Shown here: piece after piece, positions 18,391 through 30,958 of the stretch
How the letters are laid out: each line of letters begins with the position of its first letter
Numbering within the stretch: position 1 is the stretch's first letter
Assembly (NCBI GenBank): GCA_044229975.1
Contig: JBGARZ010000019.1
Coordinates: 64,001-128,000 of the forward strand
Source: Polyangiales bacterium
GTDB taxonomy: Bacteria; Myxococcota_A; Polyangia; Polyangiales; Ga0077539
Reading direction: 5' to 3'
Length of the DNA stretch: 64,000 bases
Position numbers and translations under genes: made by a program
The notes under the pieces: generated by a model
The model's database searches: none
What the model was told of the DNA's origin: nothing
The model's input: only the letters and a program-made list of their open reading frames with translations

Positions 18391-19215
18391 CTACAGCCCG
18401 CGCACGCAGCGAAACCCCACGTCCACCCGCGCCTCCAGCGCGTTGATCGCCTCCCGCGCGAAGCCGCTCGCGTCGGCCTCCGCCGTGCGGAAGGACCCGC
18501 CTCGCGTCCAGCGCGCGTCACCCTCGGTGGGTCCCGTCGGGTCGCGGTCGATGCCCGTCACGGCGGTGAGCGAGCCTTCGCGATCGTTCACCCACTCGGC
18601 GACGTTGCCCACCAGGTCGAGAACACCCTCGGGCGAGGCGCCGGTGGGGAGCGTTCCGGCGAGGCGCGTGGTGTCGCCGCAGCCCGAGGTGTGCGCGCGG
18701 GCGCAGGTCGGGGGGAGGGTTCCCCAGGGTGAGCGACGGCCCTCGATGCCGCGGGCGGCGAGGGACCACTCGGCGTCGGTGGGCAGGCGCCCTCCCGCGA
18801 AGGTGCAATAGGCCGCGGCCTGGGCGTGCGTGACGTTGACGACGGGCGCCGTGGGGCGGGTCATCGCGGCGAGCGGGTCGGTGAGGGCGGGGCAGCGGTT
18901 CGCGGCGACGCACGCGCGCCAGCGGGCGACGGTCACCTCGGTGCGATCGATGGCGAAGGTGCCGACGGACACCCAGCGACCGCCGAGCCGCCAGGTGGCG
19001 CCCGCGACCAGGGCCATGCCGATGGGGACCCGGGCGCGCTGGGCTGCGGTCGGGACGACCGTGTGCGAGCTGAGGCCCGCGACGTCGGCGGGGTCGGCGG
19101 CGCGTGCGTCCGTGACGGCGGCATCGGCGCGGGGGGCGGGCTGCGACCACGCGTTGGTGCAGCCGACGGCGAAGTGGAGGAGCGCGACGACTCCGACGGC
19201 TGGGCAGGAACGCAC
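18391..19215 (-). CDS. FGE-sulfatase (SUMF1-like) domain lipoprotein
   Basis: IDRTEVTV, GGRLPTDAEW, DLVGNVAEWV, RGGSF and VGFRC motifs; lipobox AVGC. Start placed at GTG 19215. Confidence 0.85.
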   Translation of the reverse strand: MRSCPAVGVVALLHFAVGCTNAWSQPAPRADAAVTDARAADPADVAGLSSHTVVPTAAQRARVPIGMALVAGATWRLGGRWVSVGTFAIDRTEVTVARWRACVAANRCPALTDPLAAMTRPTAPVVNVTHAQAAAYCTFAGGRLPTDAEWSLAARGIEGRRSPWGTLPPTCARAHTSGCGDTTRLAGTLPTGASPEGVLDLVGNVAEWVNDREGSLTAVTGIDRDPTGPTEGDARWTRGGSFRTAEADASGFAREAINALEARVDVGFRCVRGL

Positions 19216-19356
19216 CGCGGCGGACCATACGCCACGGCCCGGCTGGAAACGTAGCGGCGTGGGCCCCCTTGCGGCGGATGGGTGGGTGGGTGCATCGTCG
19301 GGGACAACACCCACCCGGTGGTGGTGGTGGGTGCCGGGCAGATCGGGAGGGCACTC

Positions 19357-19782
19357 ATGGCCAACGACCGGACTCGTCGAGCGACATCGCAGATCACGGT
19401 GAGTCGACCGTCCCCGCGGGTACTAGAGCTCCGATCCGAGGGGTACATCACCCGCTTCGAGCTGGTGGCTGCGCTGGCCGAGGCCGAGCAGATCCTCGCG
19501 GAGTTTCCCGACGTCGACGCGATGCTCTGGAACACCCTCCACCACGACGGCCACGAGCCCGGCAACACCAACCTCGGGGTGGCCTTCCATCGCCAGCACG
19601 TGGGGCGCTTTCAGCGCGCGGTGATTCTCACCCACAGCGCCCCGATGGCCGCCCTCAGCAACATCGCGCGGGTGCTGATTCCGTCGCTCACCGTGAGTGT
19701 TTTCGCCCGTCGCGAAGACGCGCTCGCCTGGCTCACGCGCGGCCACAGCCAGCACGGCGGCAAGCGCACCCGCGCCGCGTAG
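19357..19782 (+). CDS. Hypothetical protein, STAS/SEC14 (SpoIIAA-like)
   Basis: GGGAGG RBS. Small alpha/beta pattern ending VFARREDALAWL. Confidence 0.55.
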   Translation: MANDRTRRATSQITVSRPSPRVLELRSEGYITRFELVAALAEAEQILAEFPDVDAMLWNTLHHDGHEPGNTNLGVAFHRQHVGRFQRAVILTHSAPMAALSNIARVLIPSLTVSVFARREDALAWLTRGHSQHGGKRTRAA

Positions 19783-19805
19783 TCACCCGCTCGCGCGGAG
19801 GGGCG

Positions 19806-20162
19806 TCAGTGCTCGACCGACCCGCCGCCACCGCTGCCACCGCCCTGCGGCGTCGCGGGGATGACCGTCACCGGGAACGTCATCGGGAGCTGCGAGATGT
19901 CGCGGCCGATGATGCGGGTGCGCCCCACGGCGATGCCCGTCACCCGCGCGTGGCCGTCGGGGAGCACCACCATCGTCGCGATGGAGTGGTCTTCGGTGTC
20001 GATGATCTGCGGGAGCCGCGGGAGCATGTAGTTGACGCTCTCGCCGACGCGAACCTCGACGCCGCCTGCGGTCTGCGCCGCCGCCGGACCGGTGGAGAGA
20101 CCGAGCGCGACGCACGCGGCGAGGCCGAGCGCGCGGAGGAAGGACGATCGACGAAACAACAT
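19806..20162 (-). CDS. Small secreted Ig-like protein (pilus-assembly N-terminal-domain-like)
   Basis: AGGAG RBS and signal peptide with AAA cleavage site. VGES...DHSIA.....G.ARVTGIAVGRT pattern. Confidence 0.55.
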   Translation of the reverse strand: MLFRRSSFLRALGLAACVALGLSTGPAAAQTAGGVEVRVGESVNYMLPRLPQIIDTEDHSIATMVVLPDGHARVTGIAVGRTRIIGRDISQLPMTFPVTVIPATPQGGGSGGGGSVEH

Positions 20163-20255
20163 GGCGTGACTCCTGTGCAGGGCTCTGTACCACCGGGCGC
20201 GGGTCGTGGCTCGCTTCCGACCAACGGCCCCTTTCGCTGCGGTGTGCGCGGCGCA

Positions 20256-20286
20256 TTGACAGTTGGTGCCGACCTCCCGATAGCAG
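20256..20286 (+). promoter_or_regulatory. Putative sigma70-type promoter with 19-bp spacer (leaderless)
   Basis: TTGACA (20256-61), N19, TAGCAG (20281-86), then 7 nt to ATG 20294. Confidence 0.4.
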
Positions 20287-20293
20287 TGGCCCC

Positions 20294-21262
20294 ATGAGAT
20301 TCACCTCCACCGCTCTCATCACGCTCCTGCTCGCGTCAGGCTGCGGCGCCAGCCGCCCCGCGACGCCCCCACAGACCGCAGCGACGGTCGCCACGCCCGT
20401 GGCCTTCGGCTCGCTCGACGCCGCCCTCGCGGGCTCGCAGCGCTCGGCCGCCGACCGCGCGCGCGATCAGTACCGCCACCCGCGAGAGACGCTCACCTTC
20501 CTGGGCATCCAGCCGGGGCAGACGGTTGTCGAGCTCGGTCCGGGCGGCGGCTGGTACACGGCCATCCTCGCGCCGCTGCTCCACGACTCCGGGCAGCTCG
20601 TCGCCGCGGCGCCGTCCGCGACCGGATCACGCGCCCAGTACAACCGGCGCTTCATGGACTTCCTCGCCACGCGCCCCGACCTCTACGGCAACGTGCGCGT
20701 CGCCTCCCTCGACCCGCCCGCCAGCGAGCTCGGCCCCGACGCGTCGGCCGACGCGGTGCTCAGCTTCCGCAACATCCACGGCTGGATCAATGACCACGCG
20801 GCCGAGCAGGTCTTCGCGGCGATCTTCCGCGTGCTGAAGCCGGGCGGCGTGTTCGGCGTCGAGGAGCACCGCGCGGCGACCGGCGCCGACCCCGCGGTGA
20901 CCTCGCGTCAGGGCTACGTTCCCGAGGCGTACGTCATCCAGCTCGCGACGGCGGCGGGCCTCGTGCTCGAAGAGCAGTCGGAGATCAACGCCAACCCGCG
21001 CGACACCCGCGACTACCCCGAGGGCGTGTGGTCGCTGCCGCCGACGCTGCGCCAGGGCGACACCGACCGCGCGCGCTACCTCGCCATCGGCGAGAGCGAC
21101 CGGATGACCCTCCGCTTCCGCAAGCCCGCCACCCCGCCGCCGGCCCCGGCCCCTGCCGTGGCCGAGCCCGCTCCGCCGGCAGCTCCGGCGCCCGCCGCTG
21201 CGCCTGCCGCCCCGGCGCGGGCCCCGGCGCGAACCCCCGCGCGCCCGGCCCCGCGGCGCTGA
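20294..21262 (+). CDS. Class I SAM-dependent methyltransferase lipoprotein (COG4798-like)
   Basis: RDQYRHPRETL, VVELGPGGGWYT, FRNIH, LKPGG and GESDRMTLRF motifs. Lipobox ASGC. Confidence 0.88.
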   Translation: MRFTSTALITLLLASGCGASRPATPPQTAATVATPVAFGSLDAALAGSQRSAADRARDQYRHPRETLTFLGIQPGQTVVELGPGGGWYTAILAPLLHDSGQLVAAAPSATGSRAQYNRRFMDFLATRPDLYGNVRVASLDPPASELGPDASADAVLSFRNIHGWINDHAAEQVFAAIFRVLKPGGVFGVEEHRAATGADPAVTSRQGYVPEAYVIQLATAAGLVLEEQSEINANPRDTRDYPEGVWSLPPTLRQGDTDRARYLAIGESDRMTLRFRKPATPPPAPAPAVAEPAPPAAPAPAAAPAAPARAPARTPARPAPRR

Positions 21263-21302
21263 TGCGCTGGCGACGCGCCCCGTTGTTGGGCATCGTCGCC
21301 TC

Positions 21303-23093
21303 GTGAACCCCTCCCGCTCCGTCGTCCTCGCGCTCTGCCTCGTCGCCTGCGGCTCCGCCCGCACCGTCGCGAGCAACCCCACCACGCCCCCCGCCGTCGC
21401 TCCCGCCGTGTCGCTGCTCGCGCCCGGCCCGGCAGCGACCTACGCCCGCTTCGCCGTCGCCACCGACCACCCCGAGGCCTCGGCCGCGGGCGCCGAGGTG
21501 CTCGCCGCCGGGGGGACCGCCGCCGACGCCGCCGCCGCCGCCATGCTCGCGCTCGGCGTCGCCGGGCCCGCGTCGAGCGGACTCGGTGGTGGCGGGTTTG
21601 CCCTCTACTACCGGGCGAGCGATCACAGCGTGACCTTCCTGGACTTCCGCGAGACGGCGCCCGCGGCGGCGACGGCGGCGATGCTCAACCCGCCGCCCGC
21701 ACCGGCCGGGGCAGGGGACGCGGGCGCGGCGCCGACCCGGGCCGCGGGCCTCGCGGTGGGCATCCTCGGTGAGCCGCGGGGCATCGAGGAGATGCTGCGA
21801 CGCTTCGGCACCATCGGCCGTGAGCGGGTCGTCGCACCCGCGATACGACTCGCCGAGGAGGGCTTCACCCCGAGCGAATACGTCGCCTCGTATTCGCAGC
21901 GCTTCGCGGCGGTGCTCCGGCGCGACGCGCTCGGCCGCACCTGGCTGCCGGAGGGGTCCGACGCCATCCGCGCGGGGGTTCCGCTGCGCAACCCGATGCT
22001 CGCGCAGACGCTCCGCAGCTTCGCCGCGCAGGGCGCGCAGGTGTTCTACGAGGGGGCGCTCGCGGAGGAGATCGTCCGCGCGACGCGGGCCATCGGCGGC
22101 GTGATGACGGCCGACGACCTGCGGGGCTATCGCGTGGTCGAGCGGCAGCCGCTCTCGGCCGAGCGCTACGGGCACCGCTGGGTCACCGCTCCGCCGGAGA
22201 GCGCGGGCGGGTACACGCTGCTCACGAGCCTCGGGCTGCTCGAACGCTGGCTGCCCTCAGGCGGTGCGCGTCCCTCCGAGGTCGACGCGCTGCACGCGAT
22301 GGCCGAGTCGTGGCGAGCGCCCTTCATCGATCGGGCGCGGTACTTCGGTGACCCGGATTTCGTGCGCGTCCCGATGGCGGCGTTGATGGCGCCTGAGCGG
22401 CTCGCGACGCGCGCGGCCCTCTTCGACGCGGCGCACTCGCGTCCGTCCCGCGACTACGACCAGCCCCTGCCCGATGGACCCTCCGCGGCCCTCGCCCCGG
22501 TGCCCGTCGGCTCTGGGACCTCGCACATCTGCGTCGTCGACGCCGAGGGCAACGTCGCGAGCGTCACCACCACCATCAACATCCCCTTCGGCGCGGGCGT
22601 GAGCGTCGGCGGCTTCTGGCTCAACAACGAGCTCGATGACTTCACCGTCCCACCCGCGCCCGGCGCGCCCGCCCCCGCGCTCCCAACCGGAACCTTCAAC
22701 CAGCCCGCGGCCGGTCGCCGTCCGGTGTCGACCATGACCCCGACCATCGTCTTCCGCGGCGCCGACCCCGTGCTGTGTGTCGGCGGCAGCGGCGGAACCC
22801 GCATCGTCACCTCGGTGGTGCAGGCCGCGTGGCGCGCCATCGTCCTCAATGACGCCGTGGCCGAGGCCGTGGCGCACCCGCGCGTCCATCAAGCCGCACA
22901 GCCCGACGTGCTGTCCACCGAGGCCGCGCTCGATGCCGCCGTCGTCGAGGGGCTGCGGACACGCGGCCACCAGACCGACCCGCTCCGCTTCGGCGCCGTG
23001 GTGCAGGCCATCCGTATCACCCGCGGCGCCGACGGCGTGCGCCTCGACGCGGCGAGTGATCCGCGCAAGGGCGGCCGCCCCGCGGGGAGGTAG
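21303..23093 (+). CDS. ggt: Gamma-glutamyltransferase
   Basis: GGTAADAA, SSGLGGGGF, LDFRETAP, GSG|TSH nucleophile Thr, NNELDDF and ASDPRKGG. Confidence 0.93.
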   Translation: MNPSRSVVLALCLVACGSARTVASNPTTPPAVAPAVSLLAPGPAATYARFAVATDHPEASAAGAEVLAAGGTAADAAAAAMLALGVAGPASSGLGGGGFALYYRASDHSVTFLDFRETAPAAATAAMLNPPPAPAGAGDAGAAPTRAAGLAVGILGEPRGIEEMLRRFGTIGRERVVAPAIRLAEEGFTPSEYVASYSQRFAAVLRRDALGRTWLPEGSDAIRAGVPLRNPMLAQTLRSFAAQGAQVFYEGALAEEIVRATRAIGGVMTADDLRGYRVVERQPLSAERYGHRWVTAPPESAGGYTLLTSLGLLERWLPSGGARPSEVDALHAMAESWRAPFIDRARYFGDPDFVRVPMAALMAPERLATRAALFDAAHSRPSRDYDQPLPDGPSAALAPVPVGSGTSHICVVDAEGNVASVTTTINIPFGAGVSVGGFWLNNELDDFTVPPAPGAPAPALPTGTFNQPAAGRRPVSTMTPTIVFRGADPVLCVGGSGGTRIVTSVVQAAWRAIVLNDAVAEAVAHPRVHQAAQPDVLSTEAALDAAVVEGLRTRGHQTDPLRFGAVVQAIRITRGADGVRLDAASDPRKGGRPAGR

Positions 23094-23094
23094 C

Positions 23095-23198
23095 GTCACC
23101 CACCCGTCACGCGCGCCTCACGCCGATGAGCGCGCAGCGTCGACGTCTTGTCGCGATCGCGCCGCGAGACGCTCACTTCGCAACGGTAGTCCTGTCGC
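23095..23198 (+). promoter_or_regulatory. 11-bp-phased (G/C)TC(A/G)C direct-repeat array, Pho-box-like
   Basis: GTCAC 23095, GTCAC 23106, CTCAC 23117, GTCGA 23139, GTCGC 23150, GCCGC 23161, CTCAC 23172, GTCGC 23194. All lie at multiples of 11 bp, upstream of exbB. Confidence 0.55.
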
Positions 23199-23254
23199 CG
23201 CGCAACGAGACCGGCTCATCGGTCAGTCCAAGCGGGGCGCAGACAGGTACTGCC

Positions 23255-24007
23255 ATGCACCGTTTCTCACTGATCAAGCTGTTCACCTCGTTCGCGATGC
23301 TCGGCGCCGAGTGGGTCATGTGGGTGCTCATCGCGCTGTCGTTCGTGACCGTATCAATCATGATCGAGCGGGCCCGGTACTACCGCTCGCTCAACGATGA
23401 CCTCGACACCCTCGCGACCAACTTCGACGCCCACCTCCGCAAGGGCGACCTCACCGCCGCCTCCAAGCTCCTGCGCGCGTCGTCGTCACCCGCCGCGCTC
23501 GTCGCGCTCGCTGGGCTGCGCGAGGTCGCTCGTGGCGCCGACGCCGCCGAGTGCGTGATGGCCGGCACCCTGGCCCGCGTCCGCCGCGAGCTCGAACGTC
23601 GCCTCGCCTTCCTCAACACCGTCGGCAACAACGCCCCCTTCGTCGGGCTCTTCGGCACCGTCATCGGGATCATCCAGGCCTTCGACGCCCTCAAGCCGCC
23701 CGCCGGTCTGCGCGGTGCCGCCGCTGCGGCCGCCGCCGCCGCCAACACCGGCCGCGTGATGGGAACCATCGCCGAAGCCCTCGTCGCCACGGCCATCGGG
23801 CTGCTCGTCGCGATTCCCTCGGTGGCCGCGTACAACCTCTTCCAACGCCGCATCAAGTCGATGCTCACGGACACCGAGGCGCTCACCCAGCTCGTGCTGG
23901 CCTACGCGCACGCGCCCATCGCACCGGCCGCCTCGGCGGTCGCCCCGGCGCCGCTCACCAACGGCCACGCCGTCGCCGCCACCTCCACCTCCGCGCAGGC
24001 GAGCTGA
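23255..24007 (+). CDS. exbB: MotA/TolQ/ExbB proton-channel protein
   Basis: NAPFVGLFGTVIGII and IAEALVATAIGLLVAIP. Start trimmed to ATG 23255. Confidence 0.92.
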   Translation: MHRFSLIKLFTSFAMLGAEWVMWVLIALSFVTVSIMIERARYYRSLNDDLDTLATNFDAHLRKGDLTAASKLLRASSSPAALVALAGLREVARGADAAECVMAGTLARVRRELERRLAFLNTVGNNAPFVGLFGTVIGIIQAFDALKPPAGLRGAAAAAAAAANTGRVMGTIAEALVATAIGLLVAIPSVAAYNLFQRRIKSMLTDTEALTQLVLAYAHAPIAPAASAVAPAPLTNGHAVAATSTSAQAS

Positions 24008-24011
24008 GACC

Positions 24012-24430
<419 letters not shown>

Positions 24431-24434
<4 letters not shown>

Positions 24435-25237
24435 ACGCCCCCGCCCCCATCGACGACGCCGACGAACTCGCCGGGAGCTCCGTCTTCCGCAAGCCGCCGG
24501 GGCGTGTGTGGGTCGTCTCCTTCGCGGCCCACGCGGCGGTCTTCGCCGTGCTCGGCGTCGTCGGAACCTTCATCGGCGTGAAGACCGGCTTCATCCCGCC
24601 GACCATCATCGAGCTCGAAGCGCCGCCCCCGCCGCGCCGCCCGCTGCCGCCGCCCGTCGCGCCACCGCCGCGCCCCACGGCGCCAGAGGCCACGGCGCCC
24701 CGCGCCCCGCGTCCTGCCAACCGTCCCGCCAACAACGCCGCGCGCCCCGGTCGCGCCGCCGCGCCGCACGTGCTCGCCGCGCAGGGCAACGGCCCCGGCA
24801 ACGGCGACGAGATGCCCGTCGGTGACAACAACGACTTCCAGGGCGGCGTCGTCGGCAACGGTGGCGGTGGCGCCGTGGAGACTCCGCGGCCTGCGCCCGA
24901 ACCCGAGCCCGAGCCATCGGTACACGCCGGGACGGGTCGTCGTGGCCCCGTACAGATTCCGGAGGAGGCCGTACCACCGGTCGCGGTCGATCGACCGATG
25001 CCGGCGTACCCCGAAGGTGCGCGGCGCAGCGGGGTGCAGGCCGAGGTCGTCGCCCGCGTGGTCGTCGACGAGGACGGCTCCGTGAGCGCGGTGGAGATCC
25101 TCCGCGGGCACCCCGACTTCGACACCCTCGTGCGCGAGGTGCTGCGTCGCTGGCGCTTCCAGCCGGCCACCATCGATGGCCACGCGCTCGCCGTCTACCA
25201 GATCGTCCGTGTCCCCTTCCGCCTCGAAAACCTCTGA
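24431..25237 (+). CDS. tonB: Energy transducer TonB
   Basis: N-terminal TM with SxxxH, Pro-rich linker, PAYPEGARRSGVQ and WRFQPA. Confidence 0.9.
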
Positions 25238-25249
25238 CGGAAGTCCCTC

Positions 25250-28021
<2,772 letters not shown>

Positions 28022-28024
28022 CGG

Positions 28025-28088
28025 GTCACCCCGTTGACACCAAACACCTCGATATCGGGACACGATGTTCGCGGGGTTGTCATAAGAG
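28025..28088 (+). promoter_or_regulatory. Possible second Pho-box-like site
   Basis: GTCAC 28025 and GACAC 28036 are 11 bp apart. TTGTCATAAGAG at 28077-28088. Confidence 0.35.
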
Positions 28089-28166
28089 CCTGAGAGATTC
28101 CTCCCCGCAATCCAGCAACGACTCCGTTCAACGATGAGCGGAGCCCTTCGAGGAGGCTAGATCATC

Positions 28167-29801
28167 ATGCGCTTCAATCGACACTCCAGCATCCTGGGCC
28201 CGGCGGTCATCGCCGCGCTGATCGCTTCATCGGGCATCGTTGTCGGTTGTGACGACGACGGCGGCGGCGACATCCTGAGCAACCGCGACTCCGGCACCGA
28301 CGCTGGCACCACGCCGACCGACGTCGGCACGACGCCCACGGACATGGGCACGACACAGACCGACGTCGGCACGACGCCCGCGGACACGGGCACCACGCCG
28401 ACCGACGTCGGTACCAACCCCACCGACACGGGCACCACGGAGGCGGGCACCACGCCCACCGACTCGGGTACCACGCCCACGGACGTCGGCGCCGACTCTG
28501 GCGTGACGTGTCCCGCGTCGCCCATGGAGGTTCACATCACGGCCGACACCATCACGGCCAACACCACCTGGGATTGTACGCGCACGTACATCCTCGACGG
28601 CGCCACGCCGACCTTCGTGATGTCGCCCGCGGTGCTCACCATCGGCCCCGGAACCGTCGTCCGCGGCAGCAACCCCTCGTCGGCGATCATCATCACCCGC
28701 GGGGCCCGGCTGGAGGCCAACGGCACCGCCGAGCAGCCCATCGTCTTCACCAGCAACCGCCCCGTCGGCATGCGCCGCGCGGGCGACTGGGGTGGGGTGG
28801 TGATGCTCGGCAACGCCCGCATCAACGACAGCGCCAACATGACCGGCTCGACCGGCACGAACCAGTTGGAGGGCCTCGACTCCACGGACATGCGTGGTCG
28901 TTACGGCGGCGGCGCGACGCCTGACGACGCCGCGAGCTGCGGCACGCTGCGGTACGCGCGCATCGAGTTTGCGGGGTACACGCTCTCGGCCAACAACGAG
29001 CTCAACTCACTCACGCTCTGCGCCTGCGGCTCGGGCACGACCATCGACTATGTGCAGGTGCACCGCGGCGCCGACGACGGCGTGGAGATCTTCGGCGGAA
29101 CCACCAACATCCGCCACATCGTCAGCACGCAGTCCGACGACGACGGCCTCGACTGGGACCAGGGGTGGCGCGGCAAGGGGCAGTTCATCGTGGTGCAGGG
29201 CCCCGCGATGTCGGGTGAGTCCGACCCGAGCGGCATCGAGGCCGACAACGACCGCGACGTCCCGACGTCCATGCCGACCTCCGAGCCGACGCTCTACAAC
29301 CTCACGGTGCTCGGCCCGGGGAACACCGTCTCCATCGCCAACAACCGCGCCGTCGTGCTGCGCCGCGGGACCGCGGGTCGCCTGGTCAACGCCCTCGTCG
29401 GCGGCTTCCCGGTGAGCGGCATCGACGTGCGCGACACGGCGACCTTCACCCTCGCGATGGGCGACACGCCGCGGCTACAGTTCGCCAACTCCCTCATCTG
29501 GGCCAACGGGCCCGATGGGATGCAGAACTTCCTCGACAACACCACGGACACCTTCGACGAGGCCGGGTGGTTCACCGCCGCCGCGCGCAACAATCGCGTG
29601 GGCACCGACCCGATGCTCCCGGCGCCGTACAACGCCACTGCGCCGGGCCTCGTGCCGCCCGCGGGCTCTGCCGCTGCGACCGGTGCTGCGACGCCCCCGA
29701 GCGACGGCTTCTTCGATGCGACGGCGACCTTCGTCGGCGCCGTTCCGCCTGGCAGCACGACCAACTGGATGTCCGGTTGGACGGCCTTCCCCGCCAACTG
29801 A
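28167..29801 (+). CDS. TBDR-associated surface lipoprotein, predicted parallel beta-helix
   Basis: GAGGAGG RBS and lipobox VVGC. AEQPIVFTS, GDWGGVVMLGNA, LRYARIEFAG, ELNSLT, DDGVEIFGG and DDGLDWD motifs. Confidence 0.8.
   Translation: MRFNRHSSILGPAVIAALIASSGIVVGCDDDGGGDILSNRDSGTDAGTTPTDVGTTPTDMGTTQTDVGTTPADTGTTPTDVGTNPTDTGTTEAGTTPTDSGTTPTDVGADSGVTCPASPMEVHITADTITANTTWDCTRTYILDGATPTFVMSPAVLTIGPGTVVRGSNPSSAIIITRGARLEANGTAEQPIVFTSNRPVGMRRAGDWGGVVMLGNARINDSANMTGSTGTNQLEGLDSTDMRGRYGGGATPDDAASCGTLRYARIEFAGYTLSANNELNSLTLCACGSGTTIDYVQVHRGADDGVEIFGGTTNIRHIVSTQSDDDGLDWDQGWRGKGQFIVVQGPAMSGESDPSGIEADNDRDVPTSMPTSEPTLYNLTVLGPGNTVSIANNRAVVLRRGTAGRLVNALVGGFPVSGIDVRDTATFTLAMGDTPRLQFANSLIWANGPDGMQNFLDNTTDTFDEAGWFTAAARNNRVGTDPMLPAPYNATAPGLVPPAGSAAATGAATPPSDGFFDATATFVGAVPPGSTTNWMSGWTAFPAN
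28296..28490 (+). repeat. About 9 heptapeptide (21-bp) TDxGTTP linker repeats
   Basis: TDAGTTP-TDVGTTP-TDMGTTQ-TDVGTTP-ADTGTTP-TDVGTNP... read directly. Confidence 0.9.
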
Positions 29802-29806
29802 TCTCG

Positions 29807-29834
29807 GGCGGTCACCTCCCCGCGAGGTGACGCC
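29807..29834. terminator. Hairpin at a convergent gene junction
   Basis: GGC(G)GTCACCTC-cccgc-GAGGTGACGCC just after the lipoprotein stop. No U-tract. Confidence 0.4.
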
Positions 29835-30873
29835 ACCGCCACACCACGATCCGCATCGCGCCCGCGTGACGGAGGGCAGTGTCGGTCAGGCCGCGTGAGC
29901 CCTCGTGGCGCAGCGTGTCCGAGCCGTCGAGCACTCCGTCACCGTTGGCGTCGGCGACCAGCGCGCCGATGTGATCCCAGGCGCGAGGGAGGCTGTGCCC
30001 GGCGTCTTCGGCGTAGTCGATGGTGACGAGGTCGCCCGGCCGAACGTCGCTCCCCCACCGCAGCGTGACGGCTCCATCGGCGCCGCGAATGGCTCCATCG
30101 GTCTCCACCCGCAGCACCCCGCTCTGCGCCACGGCGTACTCGTGGATGCCCGCCACCGAGGTGTACCGGACGGCGCGCATCCCGGAGGCGCGGAGCCCGC
30201 CGATGAGCACGTCGGCGCAGTCGGCGCCGGTGTAGCGGTCGGTCTGGTGGGTCGCGTCGGTTCCGCCGTTGGAGCCGAAGACGCTGGTGACGTGGAAGTA
30301 GGTCGAGAGCCAGCCGAGGTAGTCGTCGCCGCTGCGGTAGCTCACGCGCATCACCGTGGGCGACAGGCCCAACGTGTCGACGGCCGATTCGTTGGGTGTA
30401 CGTACGATCTGCCCGCCGGGGAGCGTGACGTCGGCCGCGTACCACGACGATCCGGCGCCGCCGTGCTCGTCGCCAGCATTGCGGACGGTGAGCGTCGGGC
30501 CCTCGGAGGCGACGGCGGCGGTCTCGTACTCCAGATGGTCGTAGCCGATCCAACGGCCGTGGCGCGGGCCGAAGAGGACGGCGTTGGAGAAGCTGGTGAG
30601 GCCGGGGTTGGGCGAGGGGGAGTCGCGGTGCTCGGTGCGCGGGACGACGCGATGCCAGCGGACGGTCGCGCCGGGCGGGAGCGGGGAGAGGCGGCCTCGC
30701 GCGGAGGCCATGACGGTGAGCGTGACGGGGTCGCCGACGCGGGCCTGGACGGGTGCGGTCGACCACGCGGGGCGGGCGGCGGTCTGCGCGACGACGCGCA
30801 CCGTGACGGGTTGCGCGGTGGCGACCGCGGGCAGGAGCGAGGCGAGGAGGAGGGGCAGGAGGGTCGCCTTCAC
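29812..30873 (-). CDS. Secreted protein with C-terminal NlpC/P60-like (Cys-His) domain
   Basis: Signal peptide ATA-Q; GADCAD, VRPGDLV and WDHIG motifs; EF-hand-like DANGDGVLD. Confidence 0.55.
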   Translation of the reverse strand: MKATLLPLLLASLLPAVATAQPVTVRVVAQTAARPAWSTAPVQARVGDPVTLTVMASARGRLSPLPPGATVRWHRVVPRTEHRDSPSPNPGLTSFSNAVLFGPRHGRWIGYDHLEYETAAVASEGPTLTVRNAGDEHGGAGSSWYAADVTLPGGQIVRTPNESAVDTLGLSPTVMRVSYRSGDDYLGWLSTYFHVTSVFGSNGGTDATHQTDRYTGADCADVLIGGLRASGMRAVRYTSVAGIHEYAVAQSGVLRVETDGAIRGADGAVTLRWGSDVRPGDLVTIDYAEDAGHSLPRAWDHIGALVADANGDGVLDGSDTLRHEGSRGLTDTALRHAGAMRIVVWRWRHLAGR

Positions 30874-30958
30874 GGGATGGACACCGTAGAGCAATCACTC
30901 ACGCTCGCCCAATGCGTCCCTTCGGGTAAGGTCGTCGACCGCGGGCCTGACCGGGAGC

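Noticed and set aside
18391..19215. FGE-domain gene as a peptide-tailoring enzyme
   Set aside because: It is convergent and belongs to an abundant myxobacterial lipoprotein family. Only adjacency supports a link.
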